Source of the DNA: a bacterium
GTDB taxonomy: Bacteria > Gemmatimonadota > Gemmatimonadetes > Gemmatimonadales > Gemmatimonadaceae
Length of the DNA stretch: 64,000 nucleotides
Reading direction: 5' to 3'
Assembly (NCBI GenBank): GCA_040003455.1
Contig: JBDUCM010000009.1
Span: 939-64,938 of the forward strand
Below, piece by piece: positions 27,739-37,142 of this stretch; position 1 is the first letter of the stretch, and each line of letters opens with the position of its first letter. The translations under genes were made by a program, and so were the position numbers. The notes below the pieces were generated by a model. The model had not been told where the DNA came from, made no database searches, and was given only the letters and a program-made list of their open reading frames with translations.

Positions 27739-30159
27739 TTACGATATCTGTGCCACCTGCCGGCCCGGTTCCAATCCTTCGGTACCATAGCCACTCACAT
27801 AGCCGTAGTACTCGTATTCTCCCTTCGTTGGCGCCGCATTCAACACCGACCCAATCACGTTGATCGGCAGGCGATCCACAAGTAGCAACTTTGCTGCCGC
27901 CATCCGCTTTTCGGTTTGCCCGATACGCAGCACGACGAGCAAGCTACCGGTTGCAGCGGCGATCGCGTAGCCGTCGATACCGGCCGCAAGCGGTGGTGTG
28001 TCAAAAATCAATACATCATATCGTGCCTTGAGATCTGCCACCAACCGGCCAAGAGCCGGCGACGTGAGAAGCTCAGGACTCCGCTGACGCAGGTTGCCCG
28101 TTGGTACCAGGAACAGGTTGTCGTGCCCCGTCGCATGAATGATCGACTGCTGGTCCACTTCGCCAGACAGAAAATCGGTGAGGCCCGCCGATCGCGGCAA
28201 CCCGAACATCTCATGCAGCGCCCCACGACGCGTATCGCCGTCCACCAGCAGCGTCCTGAACCCTGCATCAGCGAACGACATGGCCAGGTTGGACGAGATG
28301 AATGACTTGCCATCGCCTGGCGAGGGACTCGACACCGCCATGGAGATGCCCCCTCCCCCCCCGGCGTGCATCACGTTCATTCGCATAGTTCGAAACGATT
28401 CCACGAGCTGCGAAATCTGCTCCGGCGTCTGCTGGCCTCCCTTCGGCAACTCGGGAACCGTCGCCGTGATCGACAGCCCCAGGTCCTTCGAGGCCTGGTC
28501 AGGATACCGAATGCGTCCATCCACCCCGTCCAGCAGAATCACCACACCAATGGCCAACGCCAGGCCGCCGAGCACCGCGACGGCGAGGATACGTGGACCG
28601 GTGTTCTTGCTCGGCTTCTTCGGCGTAACGGCAGAGTCAAGGATATTCACGTCCGGAGCCGCACCAGCTTCGGAGAGCTGCGCCTCCGCATAGCGGGACT
28701 TCAGATTCTGGTACAAACCTTCGTCCACTGCCACGGCGCGACGAAGCCGCATTTCTTCAATCGTACGAGCGGGGATCGATTGCAGGTCTTCCGACGCCGT
28801 ACCGATACGTTTGTCGAAATCGGCTTCGCGATCCTTGAGCTGCTTGAGCAGCTCGTTCGCCTGCATCGGGATCGTCTTGGTCTTCAGCGTTTCGACCTGC
28901 CCGATCATGTCCTTCAGCGGCCCGTACTCATCCTTGAATACCTGACGCTGCGTGTTGATGTCGGCCTGCAGCTTGTACACCTGGCTGAACGACAACTTCA
29001 GCTGTTCACCGCCAATCGATCCGGCAACGCTGGGCACGGTCAGCATCGTCTCCAAGGGAAGCGTGCCTGCCGCAGCGCCGGCCAGATCGCGCTCCAACTG
29101 CTCGCGATCGTGCTTGACGTTGTCGTACTCAATCTTCTTGTCAAAGAACGCCTTCATGACCGGAAGGCGAGCTTCCTCGGTGCCGGCGGCCACGGGGCCG
29201 CCTTCCGCAGGCAAGGTGATGTTATGGACGCGGAAGGTTTCAAGTGACGTTTCCGCGTCCTTCAGCGAGGCTTCCGCAAACTGGAGCTGTGACTCGAGAA
29301 TCTTTGCAAATTCGGACACATTCTTTCGCTTCAACTCGCCGGCCACCTTCACGTACTCGTTGCTCAGTGCGTTCAACGTCCGAGCGGAGAGCTTTGGGTC
29401 GGTGCCCGTGAGCGTGAGGTTCAGGAAGTTGCTCTTGGGCGGAAGCACAGCCAGAAGGCGCTTGTTCAATTCGCCCGACGTCTCACGCGGTTGCTCGACC
29501 GTGAACTTCACATCCCGATCCGGTACTTTCGCGATGGCCTTGGCAGCAGGCGCCCACGCCAATCCCATCGGACGCCCGATGGAGTCACCGGCCGCGCCGC
29601 TGTCCGATTGCGGCGAATCAGCAAGCGTGAGCCTCCAGTGCCGAGTCTTCTTGTCGATCTTCAGCGTGTAGTCGCCCGGGAAGAATCGCTCCGTGACCGT
29701 GAGCCCTTGGAGGAGCGCCGCGTCGTCATCCTTGTTCGGCTTGACGTACAGGGCCAGCTGGCGCACCACGGCATCCACGATGCGATAGCTGCGCAGCAGA
29801 TCCACCCAGGCGGTTGGATTCAACAACTCACGTGACCGAATTGGCCCACCCGCTTCCTGCGGAGTCTGCGACGCGATCCACAGCGTGGCGTTCACTTCGT
29901 AGTCAGGCTTCACGTATCTCGTGGCAACGGCGCCCGCCGCTGACGCGACGAGGACGATGCCGGTGAACAACCACTTGTAACGCCGGATGGCGGCAGCGGG
30001 CCGTTCAAAGGACGATGTAGGCGGAGCCAATGTCGGCCCAGCGCCCCACCCTTCGGGCGGTACGGCAGGCACCAATGGTGACGGCGCTACCAACTGCATC
30101 GACGTTCCATCTTCTCGCATAACGGGCGACCCCACGTAAGAATTGCTTGACGGTAGCAC
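27739..30159 (-). CDS. Fused polysaccharide co-polymerase / tyrosine autokinase (Wzc/GumC-like)
   Basis: 806 aa with two TMs flanking a long coiled periplasmic region (Wzz-like). The C-terminal P-loop reads VSSPSPGDGKSFISSNLAMSFA, and Walker B-like reads YDVLIFDTPP. The C-terminus is Tyr-rich (GEYEYYGYVSGYG). An alternative ATG lies at 30120. Confidence 0.88.
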   Translation of the reverse strand: MLPSSNSYVGSPVMREDGTSMQLVAPSPLVPAVPPEGWGAGPTLAPPTSSFERPAAAIRRYKWLFTGIVLVASAAGAVATRYVKPDYEVNATLWIASQTPQEAGGPIRSRELLNPTAWVDLLRSYRIVDAVVRQLALYVKPNKDDDAALLQGLTVTERFFPGDYTLKIDKKTRHWRLTLADSPQSDSGAAGDSIGRPMGLAWAPAAKAIAKVPDRDVKFTVEQPRETSGELNKRLLAVLPPKSNFLNLTLTGTDPKLSARTLNALSNEYVKVAGELKRKNVSEFAKILESQLQFAEASLKDAETSLETFRVHNITLPAEGGPVAAGTEEARLPVMKAFFDKKIEYDNVKHDREQLERDLAGAAAGTLPLETMLTVPSVAGSIGGEQLKLSFSQVYKLQADINTQRQVFKDEYGPLKDMIGQVETLKTKTIPMQANELLKQLKDREADFDKRIGTASEDLQSIPARTIEEMRLRRAVAVDEGLYQNLKSRYAEAQLSEAGAAPDVNILDSAVTPKKPSKNTGPRILAVAVLGGLALAIGVVILLDGVDGRIRYPDQASKDLGLSITATVPELPKGGQQTPEQISQLVESFRTMRMNVMHAGGGGGISMAVSSPSPGDGKSFISSNLAMSFADAGFRTLLVDGDTRRGALHEMFGLPRSAGLTDFLSGEVDQQSIIHATGHDNLFLVPTGNLRQRSPELLTSPALGRLVADLKARYDVLIFDTPPLAAGIDGYAIAAATGSLLVVLRIGQTEKRMAAAKLLLVDRLPINVIGSVLNAAPTKGEYEYYGYVSGYGTEGLEPGRQVAQIS

Positions 30160-30192
30160 TGATCAGACCAACAACTACACCCACATCTGCCG

Positions 30193-30987
30193 TTAGTGGT
30201 TAACGCGGTACAACGTGACAGCAACAGTGAGCAACGGCCCGGCGATCTGAAGGATCGTCTGCCATGGAATGCCACCCTTGATATCGTCCACATACAACTC
30301 ATCGCCAGCGCGCAGATGCAGCCGGTCGACGGTCAATCCGTCGCTGAGAGCAGTGCGTGTATCCTGCGCATTCCAGAGCACCTTGCCATCCCGCCGAATG
30401 AGCATATTGCCGACATCCGCGTTGGCCAACGGACCACCGGCTTTCATGACGACCTCACTCAGGAGCACGTCGGCCTGGGACCAGTAGTATCCTGGCGTCC
30501 TGACCTGACCAAGTACTGCAAGACGAACCAGTGGCGTGACCCTGACGCTCGAGTCGTTGAGGAACTTCGCAATATGACTCGACACCTTGCCGGACAGTTC
30601 GGAGCGCAACACCCCATCCAGCGGTACCTCGCCCATCTGCGGCAGCGGGAGCAACTTGCCTGCGCGAAGCGTCACCGTGTCGTTTGCCTGCATTGCGTTG
30701 GTCAGGCTCGCAGTGCCAAGAACCTTGACGACGATCCGATCGCCGTCCTGAAAATCACCCTTCTGTAGCCGCGTCCTCAGAATCCAGGCTTCCGACGCCC
30801 GATGCTGCTCCTCGGCCTTCTTTGCCTCGGCCTCGAGTTGCGCGCGCGTCTCCCCCTCCCCGCCTTGATCCTTGACGGTTGCTGCCTGCTTGACCGGGGC
30901 GGTCTGCCCTGATCCGATGCGGACAACGGTTATCAGGCCAATTGCGGCAATCCCAAAGGCTCTACGCCAGACTTCGCTAGACATCAT
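30193..30987 (-). CDS. Polysaccharide export protein (Wza/EpsE-like, Poly_export plus SLBB)
   Basis: 264 aa with a signal peptide. GDRIVVKV......V..AGKLLPLPQMGEVPLDGV..SEL and a later SLBB-like segment (GPLANADVGNMLIRRDGKV) are present. Confidence 0.8.
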   Translation of the reverse strand: MMSSEVWRRAFGIAAIGLITVVRIGSGQTAPVKQAATVKDQGGEGETRAQLEAEAKKAEEQHRASEAWILRTRLQKGDFQDGDRIVVKVLGTASLTNAMQANDTVTLRAGKLLPLPQMGEVPLDGVLRSELSGKVSSHIAKFLNDSSVRVTPLVRLAVLGQVRTPGYYWSQADVLLSEVVMKAGGPLANADVGNMLIRRDGKVLWNAQDTRTALSDGLTVDRLHLRAGDELYVDDIKGGIPWQTILQIAGPLLTVAVTLYRVNH

Positions 30988-31546
30988 GGTGCGGTTCTCA
31001 TTGCAATTGAGCTGACGAATCGGCTCGAGGTGACGCCGTTGGACGATCGGAGAGACAGACTATAACGAGTGAACTTCGCCCGCTACTATAGAGAAGAGGA
31101 TCGACAATACCTTTACGAGCTACATTTCCGAGCAGAATTTGTCCGCGATCAAGGTCACAGCCAGTATCGGTCGACTGACAAGAAACGTACACATACAGAA
31201 GTTGGTGCTGCACGCACGCAACAGAATGCTGCGTTCGCGCGTCACTTCTGGCGGTATGCCATACTTTGATTTTGGGACAAATGGCCCCAAACACGCCTCA
31301 TTGATTTGTACCGTGACGGCACGAACCGGGTCGGCGTCTGAGGTGTAGTACGGATATGACGAATCGCCCAGACGAATGGGCACATCGTAGCCCGAACCAG
31401 CGGTAACGAAGCGCGCCCGAGCCGAGTTTTATTTCAATTGCCGTACCCCGGTACGATGTTCGCGATCCGCTAGTCCAAGCATTCGTCCAAACCGGCGCCC
31501 CTGTGTCGTGCGCCTGCCCCCTTTTCTTCGAAGCGTGACCTCATTC

Positions 31547-33610
31547 ATGTCGCCTGGTCGGCTCAGTGCTCAATCCGTGACAATCGGTCGCACGCGTAAC
31601 TGCGGGACCCTCATACTGAAGGCTCTCCTCGTCATCGCCGCGGTTGGCGGATGCGGTAGTGCCGTCATCCCGGTCGATACCAGCCAGAAGGTCGGCGGCA
31701 TCAGCATCAACGGTGGCTCCTTCCAGCTCGAGCGAGGGTGGCACACGCCTTTGACCACTACCATTCTGAACACCAACGGCCAGACCATCGTCGTCCCCGT
31801 TGTCTGGCGAAGCGTCAACGAGACAGTCGCCACCATCAACGCCAACGGCGTCCTGACAGCAATCGACACCGGCGTCACTTTCATTATCGCGTCGTCGCTC
31901 GGCGTCAATTCGCAGGGCATTCAGGTTCACGTCGTATGGCTGGGCCCCGCGTCCATCACGCAATCGAGCTTCACACCACCGCCCGCGGCATCGCCCGGCG
32001 CCGTGGCAGACTCGCTGAAGGTGCTCATCAACGATCGCGCGGGAAAGCCGGTTGGTGCCCTCGTGAAATTCGTCGTGTCGGGTGGGGGAGGCACCGTTTC
32101 TCCCACCTACGCGCTCACCAATCAATCCGGCGTCGCCGCGGCACAATGGACCCTCGGCAACGCCCTCGGCACCAACACCGTCACCGCCACGGTGGTGGGA
32201 CAGGATAGCGTGCCCTACGCCTTTGTCAGCCCCAGTACCACCACGTTCTCCATCAAGACATTCGCCGCGCTCATTCCCGTTGCTGGAGATGGACAGACTG
32301 GCCTGATCCTCTCGGCGCTGCCGGTGAATCCGTCGGTCAAGGTCGTGGACTCCGCGGGCAAGCCGCGACTCGGTGTTCCCGTGACATTTGCCGCGACTTC
32401 GGGCGGCCGCCTCGTGAGCCAGACCGTTTCAACGGGTGCTGACGGCTCGGCATCGCCCGGCGTGTGGACATTGGGCGACATCCCCGGCGACCAGCAGCTC
32501 ATCGCAACGTCGGACAAGGCAACCATCACGCTGCACGCGACCGGAACCGGGACGCCGCAACACTACATACCGAAGCAGATCGCAACGGCCGGCGGTGCCA
32601 GCTGCGCGATCATCACCGGCGACACAGTCTCATGCTGGGGCGGGCAGCCGAATGTTGGCGACAGCACCACGCTCAACAAGGCAGCGCCGACGCCCACCAA
32701 GAGTACCGTGCAGTTCCTCTCCATCACCGGCAGCCCCTCCACCTCCAGCCATTTCTGCGGCGTCACCACCGCAAGTAGCATTTACTGTTGGGGCACCAAC
32801 GCACTTGTGGACACCACCGGCAAGGTCAAGACGACATTGGTGCCAACGGCCCTGCAAAGCCAGCTCGCGTGGAGCCAGGTCGCACCCGGCCTGCAACACA
32901 ACTGTGCGCTCGCCGTGGACGGTTCCGTGCAATGCTGGGGTGACAATTCGGTCGGCCAGCTTGGCGACCGTACGAACGCGGTTCGGTTCGTGCCAGCACC
33001 CGTGTATGGTGGGTTCCAATTTGTCAGCGTCGCCAGCGGTACGGGGCACTCGTGTGCGCTTACCGCCGATGGATCCGCATTCTGCTGGGGGCAGAACCCC
33101 AACGGCCAGATCGGCGATGGCACCATTATCAACCGCCTCTCGCCCACTGCGGTGAGTGGCGGCATCTCGTATTCAGCCATCGGTGCCGGCACCAACTGGA
33201 CATGTGCCCTCGCCACCACGGGGAAGGTGTATTGCTGGGGCAACCTCTTCGTGACGGGTTCCACCACGGTGACGGCGCCGCGCCTCATGACGGCAACACC
33301 AACGTTCACCAAGCTTGCGGTTGGCGGCGTGCACGCATGCGCCCTCACCGCCGATGGCAGCGCGTATTGCTGGGGCTCCAATGGCGTCGGCCAACTCGGT
33401 GACAGCTCCATCGTGGACAGAGCCAACCCCGTGCCTGTCGCCACTACGCTGAAGTTCAAGACCATTAGTGCAGGGTTCAACCACACCTGCGCCACCACGC
33501 TGGACGGATCAGTCGCGTGTTGGGGTGACAATTCTGTCGGCGAACTGGCCGACAGTGTTTCCGTGTTGCGCATTCAGCCCCGCTTCATCGTTACGGGCGT
33601 AACACCATGA
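31547..33610 (+). CDS. Lipoprotein with Ig-like domains followed by an RCC1-repeat beta-propeller
   Basis: ATG at 31547, with lipobox LVIAAVGGC. The N-terminus has one Big_2-like and two invasin/Big_1-like segments. At least six RCC1-type repeats follow, each with C.L...G...CWG.N..GQLGD (for example VQCWGDNSVGQLGD, AFCWGQNPNGQIGD, AYCWGSNGVGQLGD, VACWGDNSVGELAD). Confidence 0.75.
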   Translation: MSPGRLSAQSVTIGRTRNCGTLILKALLVIAAVGGCGSAVIPVDTSQKVGGISINGGSFQLERGWHTPLTTTILNTNGQTIVVPVVWRSVNETVATINANGVLTAIDTGVTFIIASSLGVNSQGIQVHVVWLGPASITQSSFTPPPAASPGAVADSLKVLINDRAGKPVGALVKFVVSGGGGTVSPTYALTNQSGVAAAQWTLGNALGTNTVTATVVGQDSVPYAFVSPSTTTFSIKTFAALIPVAGDGQTGLILSALPVNPSVKVVDSAGKPRLGVPVTFAATSGGRLVSQTVSTGADGSASPGVWTLGDIPGDQQLIATSDKATITLHATGTGTPQHYIPKQIATAGGASCAIITGDTVSCWGGQPNVGDSTTLNKAAPTPTKSTVQFLSITGSPSTSSHFCGVTTASSIYCWGTNALVDTTGKVKTTLVPTALQSQLAWSQVAPGLQHNCALAVDGSVQCWGDNSVGQLGDRTNAVRFVPAPVYGGFQFVSVASGTGHSCALTADGSAFCWGQNPNGQIGDGTIINRLSPTAVSGGISYSAIGAGTNWTCALATTGKVYCWGNLFVTGSTTVTAPRLMTATPTFTKLAVGGVHACALTADGSAYCWGSNGVGQLGDSSIVDRANPVPVATTLKFKTISAGFNHTCATTLDGSVACWGDNSVGELADSVSVLRIQPRFIVTGVTP

Positions 33611-33723
33611 GCGTCTGCGCCTGAACTGCTCGCACGTCCGCTGCACCTTGTTTTGAGGCCGCCCGCACTCACGCGGCACTACATGAGTACCACCTGTTTT
33701 TCTACTCGAGGTCAAGACAGCTG

Positions 33724-36700
33724 ATGATGCGTCGCACCAGCGGCCTTTCTGCGTTGAGCCTTTTGCTGATGGCGGCGCTGCCCGCCGTCGCGTCGGCTCA
33801 GGCAGCCGTGACTCTGAGCGGACACGTGTCCGCGTCCTCCATGCCGATTCGCGGCGCTAGCGTCCGCGTCGACCAGCTCGATCTCGGCGGCACCACCGAC
33901 GCGGACGGGCGGTATGCTTTCATCATACCGTCCGCTCGCGTCCAGGGTCAAACCGTCACCCTGACGGTCAAGTATCTGCGCTTCCGCTCGCAGTCGGTCT
34001 CCATCGTGCTGGTGGGAGGCGCGCTGGTGCAGGACTTCGAGCTCGCCACGGGCGATGCGCCGTCAGCCCCGGGCACTCCCACGCAGCCGCGCACGACGGA
34101 GCCCTCCTCGGCGCCCGCGTCCGCCCAAACAAGACCCGCAACGAGCGCCGTCCTCTCCGGAGCGCCCGCACCCACGTCCTCGCGAACCGCGCGCGCCAGC
34201 TCCCTGATTCTCCTGCCCACCGTCGATAGCACGGCACTGATGGATCGTGCGGGGCCGGTGGATCTACCCACGGCGCTCGCCGGCCGACTCCGCGGTGTAG
34301 AGGTCTCGAGCACGTCCACCCTGGGCGGAACGAGCACGATGCTCGTTCGCGGAGCACACTCCATCGTTGGGCTCACCCAGCCGCTTCTGGTGCTGAACGG
34401 CGTGGTGATGGACAACAGCAACATCACGAATGCCGCCCAGAGCTCAGGACTTGGTGGGTTCGACTACGGCGGCGGGGTCAACGACCTGAATCTCGAGGAC
34501 ATCGCCTCCGTCAGCCTGCTCAGCGGACCCGCCGCTGCCATGCGCTACGGCGGCCAGGCCGCAAACGGCGTGCTGCTCGTGACCACGAAGAGTGCGCGCG
34601 GCTTGCATGGCTTCGACGTTGCGGTCAGCCAGCAGTACACCACCGAATCGATCTTCCGCCTTCCCAGCTATCAGAATGCGTACGGACAGGGACTCGGCGG
34701 CAAGTTCGCCTTCTTCGACGGCAAGGGCGGCGGCATCAACGACGCCACGGACCAGAGTTGGGGCCCGGCACTAGACGGTTCGCCAATGCTCCAGGCCAGT
34801 TACGTCGCGGCGGGCCGGGCCGACGTTCGGCTCTGGAATCCCGCTCCGACCAACGTCAAGGACTTCTTCGTCGACGGGTCAACACTCGCCACCAACGCGT
34901 CCGTGCAGGGAGCCAACGAGACGGGCCAGTTTCGCGGCGCAGTCAGCAATCGCAAGACAAGCGGAATAACCCCACAAAGTTCCATCACACACCGGTCCGC
35001 TCTACTGACAGGAAGCTCGCAGGCCAGCTCGCGGCTCAGTGTGTCGGGCGACCTCATGGTGTTCGTCGATCGGGGCGAGAACCGCACGGGGACGGGTTTC
35101 GACCAGAGCAACTTCGTCTCCGACTTTGCCCATATGGGCCGACAGGTGGACCTCGCCACCCTCGCACAGCACACGCGTGACGCGGCAGGGAAGCAGGTCA
35201 GTTGGAACTACAGTGGCCAGAACAACCCGTTTCTTGCCGCCACGGAGAACATCAATCACGACGATCGCACGCGGTATGCGACGGGTGCAACGGTGACGTA
35301 CGCGTTGTCGAACTGGCTCAGCGCCACAGCCCGCGCCGGTACCGACCACTCGAGCGACACACGCAATTTCAGCGTCGCCGGTGACTGGATGGGCGGCTAT
35401 CCCTACTACCTCGGACGCGGCGACTTTTCCACCGGTGGCTTCCAGAGCGACGATATCTCCTTCTCGAAGACCAACGCCGAGGTGATCCTTCGCGGCGCTC
35501 CGGCGACAACCGGCGCCGTGGCATACGTGTTCACCGGTGGGGCCTCGTTCCGCAGCGACGACATGAACACGTCGGTGCAGGGCGCCGACAAGTTGTCCAC
35601 TGGCACGGCGATCGTGCCACTCACCTGGGCAGGAAGCGGGAACACCAAGGCGCTCTTCGGTGGAATCGAGGCACAGTTGCACGACTATGCGTCGCTGAAC
35701 GTCACGGCGCGGTCGGAGTCCTCAACGTTACTGTCGCAGTCCAGCAGTACCACCCTGTATCCAGCTGTCCTTGGGAGTGTCGATCTCGCGCACATGGATT
35801 CGGCGGGACTGCTGAACGGCAAGGTCGAGTCATTCGTCGTGCGGGCAGGCTGGTCGCGGTCGGGCAACGACGCGTCGTCGGCACTGTTGCAGCGGATCGG
35901 CGTCACCTCAGCAACCTCCGCGAGTACGTTGGCTGCGGCATCGGCTCCAGAGCTGACGAGTGGGTGGGAGGTCGGCGGCAACATCCAGATGTTGTCTCGT
36001 CGCCTTGGCCTCGACGTCGCGATGTACGACGAGCAAAGCGAGAATCTGATCTTCCCGAGTGGCTCAGGGCTTTTGCGGACGGGGACCTTGTCCAACAAGG
36101 GATTCGAAGCCGCCGTTTCGGTGGTGCCCATTCGGATCGCTTCGGACGCTGAATGGAGCGTGGGCCTCTCGTACGCCAAGAACACCAACCTCGTCGAGTC
36201 GCTTTCCGGCGGAACCGGCGCTATCGCACTGGGCGCGTCCTATGGAGGCCTCACGGTTCAGGCGCGAACCGGCAATTCCCTCGGCTCCCTCGTTGGAACT
36301 GGATTTCTCCGCGATGCATCGGGACAGCTATTGCTCCGCAACGGCCATCCGCTGCCGGACAGCGTTGCCGGTCCGCGCGTACTGGGTGAAAGCGCGCCGT
36401 CCTGGATTGGTGGCCTGTCGAGCTCAGTGCGCCTTGGTGGCCTGGAGTTCAGCGTGCTGTTCGACACCCATCATGGCGGCAAGGTCTTCAGCGCCAGCAA
36501 TCGTGCTGGCGCCACATCCGGTGTCCTGGCTGAGACCGCGTTTCGTCCGGATACGGGCTACTTGATCAGCGGCACGGACGCCGCGACCAACAGCGCGAAT
36601 ACGGTGCACGTCAGCGCCGAGGACTACTTCCACTCGCTCGCGCCAATTACGGAGCGGTGGCTCTATGACGCCACCTTCGTGAAGCTGCGCGAAGCGCGGG

Positions 36701-36909
36701 TGAGCTTCAGCGTTCCATTGCACATCATCGATGCGCTCGGAGCGCAAAGTCTCCGCGGTTCCCTGATCGGGCGGAACCTCGGGATGTGGACCAATGCGCC
36801 CAATATTGACCCGGAAACGGTCTTGAGCAGCTCCACCTTTCGGGGCGCCGAGATGGGTCAACTCCCGACGACGAAGAGCGTTGGCTTCCAGCTGACGCTG
36901 ACGCCGTAG
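33724..36909 (+). CDS. SusC/RagA-like TonB-dependent outer-membrane receptor with N-terminal CarboxypepD_reg domain
   Basis: 1061 aa with signal peptide ...ALPAVASAQA. LSGHVSASSMPIRGASVRVDQLDLGGTTDADGRYAF is the CarboxypepD_reg domain. A Pro/Ser/Thr-rich linker follows, then the plug (GRLRGVEVSS...MLVRGAHS.....PLLVLNGVVM...IASVSLLSGPAAAMRYGGQAANGVLLVTTK) and a long beta-barrel. No SusD-like gene follows. Confidence 0.85.
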   Translation: MMRRTSGLSALSLLLMAALPAVASAQAAVTLSGHVSASSMPIRGASVRVDQLDLGGTTDADGRYAFIIPSARVQGQTVTLTVKYLRFRSQSVSIVLVGGALVQDFELATGDAPSAPGTPTQPRTTEPSSAPASAQTRPATSAVLSGAPAPTSSRTARASSLILLPTVDSTALMDRAGPVDLPTALAGRLRGVEVSSTSTLGGTSTMLVRGAHSIVGLTQPLLVLNGVVMDNSNITNAAQSSGLGGFDYGGGVNDLNLEDIASVSLLSGPAAAMRYGGQAANGVLLVTTKSARGLHGFDVAVSQQYTTESIFRLPSYQNAYGQGLGGKFAFFDGKGGGINDATDQSWGPALDGSPMLQASYVAAGRADVRLWNPAPTNVKDFFVDGSTLATNASVQGANETGQFRGAVSNRKTSGITPQSSITHRSALLTGSSQASSRLSVSGDLMVFVDRGENRTGTGFDQSNFVSDFAHMGRQVDLATLAQHTRDAAGKQVSWNYSGQNNPFLAATENINHDDRTRYATGATVTYALSNWLSATARAGTDHSSDTRNFSVAGDWMGGYPYYLGRGDFSTGGFQSDDISFSKTNAEVILRGAPATTGAVAYVFTGGASFRSDDMNTSVQGADKLSTGTAIVPLTWAGSGNTKALFGGIEAQLHDYASLNVTARSESSTLLSQSSSTTLYPAVLGSVDLAHMDSAGLLNGKVESFVVRAGWSRSGNDASSALLQRIGVTSATSASTLAAASAPELTSGWEVGGNIQMLSRRLGLDVAMYDEQSENLIFPSGSGLLRTGTLSNKGFEAAVSVVPIRIASDAEWSVGLSYAKNTNLVESLSGGTGAIALGASYGGLTVQARTGNSLGSLVGTGFLRDASGQLLLRNGHPLPDSVAGPRVLGESAPSWIGGLSSSVRLGGLEFSVLFDTHHGGKVFSASNRAGATSGVLAETAFRPDTGYLISGTDAATNSANTVHVSAEDYFHSLAPITERWLYDATFVKLREARVSFSVPLHIIDALGAQSLRGSLIGRNLGMWTNAPNIDPETVLSSSTFRGAEMGQLPTTKSVGFQLTLTP

Positions 36910-36980
36910 TCGAGTTTGGAACGAATCCGAGCGTGTGGCCCACGGACTGGTGGTGCTGGACGTTCACGACAAATGTGCGG

Positions 36981-37015
36981 GACGGGCGCGACACTCTCAG
37001 TGGCACGCGCCCGTC
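36981..37015 (+). terminator. Strong hairpin after the TonB-dependent receptor gene
   Basis: GACGGGCGCG / CGCGCCCGTC is a perfect 10-bp stem with a 15-nt loop, 70 nt past the stop codon. There is no clear U-tract. Confidence 0.45.
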
Positions 37016-37142
37016 ACCGACATTTGCGTCAGATTCGTAAAGCGTTGATATCAATACTGTTACATAGTGAATTCTGTTTCGCGCGGTGGGGAATGGAAGA
37101 TGCCCCGCCGCAGTGTAGTTGACCTGATTTCCTTTTCATAAA

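Noticed and set aside
31250-31257. GGCGGTAT resembling the ops/JUMPStart core GGCGGTAG
   Set aside because: It has one mismatch in the core and lies on the plus strand, which is the wrong strand for the long leader of the minus-strand export operon. There is no evidence that an RfaH/LoaP system uses this sequence in this lineage, so it is probably chance.
37040-37142. Sigma-70-like TTGATA ... TACATA/TGAATT hexamers in the AT-rich stretch upstream of the TviC-like gene
   Set aside because: The spacing and -10 matches are poor (about 3/6), and the promoter consensus for this lineage is unknown. The AT-rich stretch is probably a promoter region, but specific hexamers cannot be supported.
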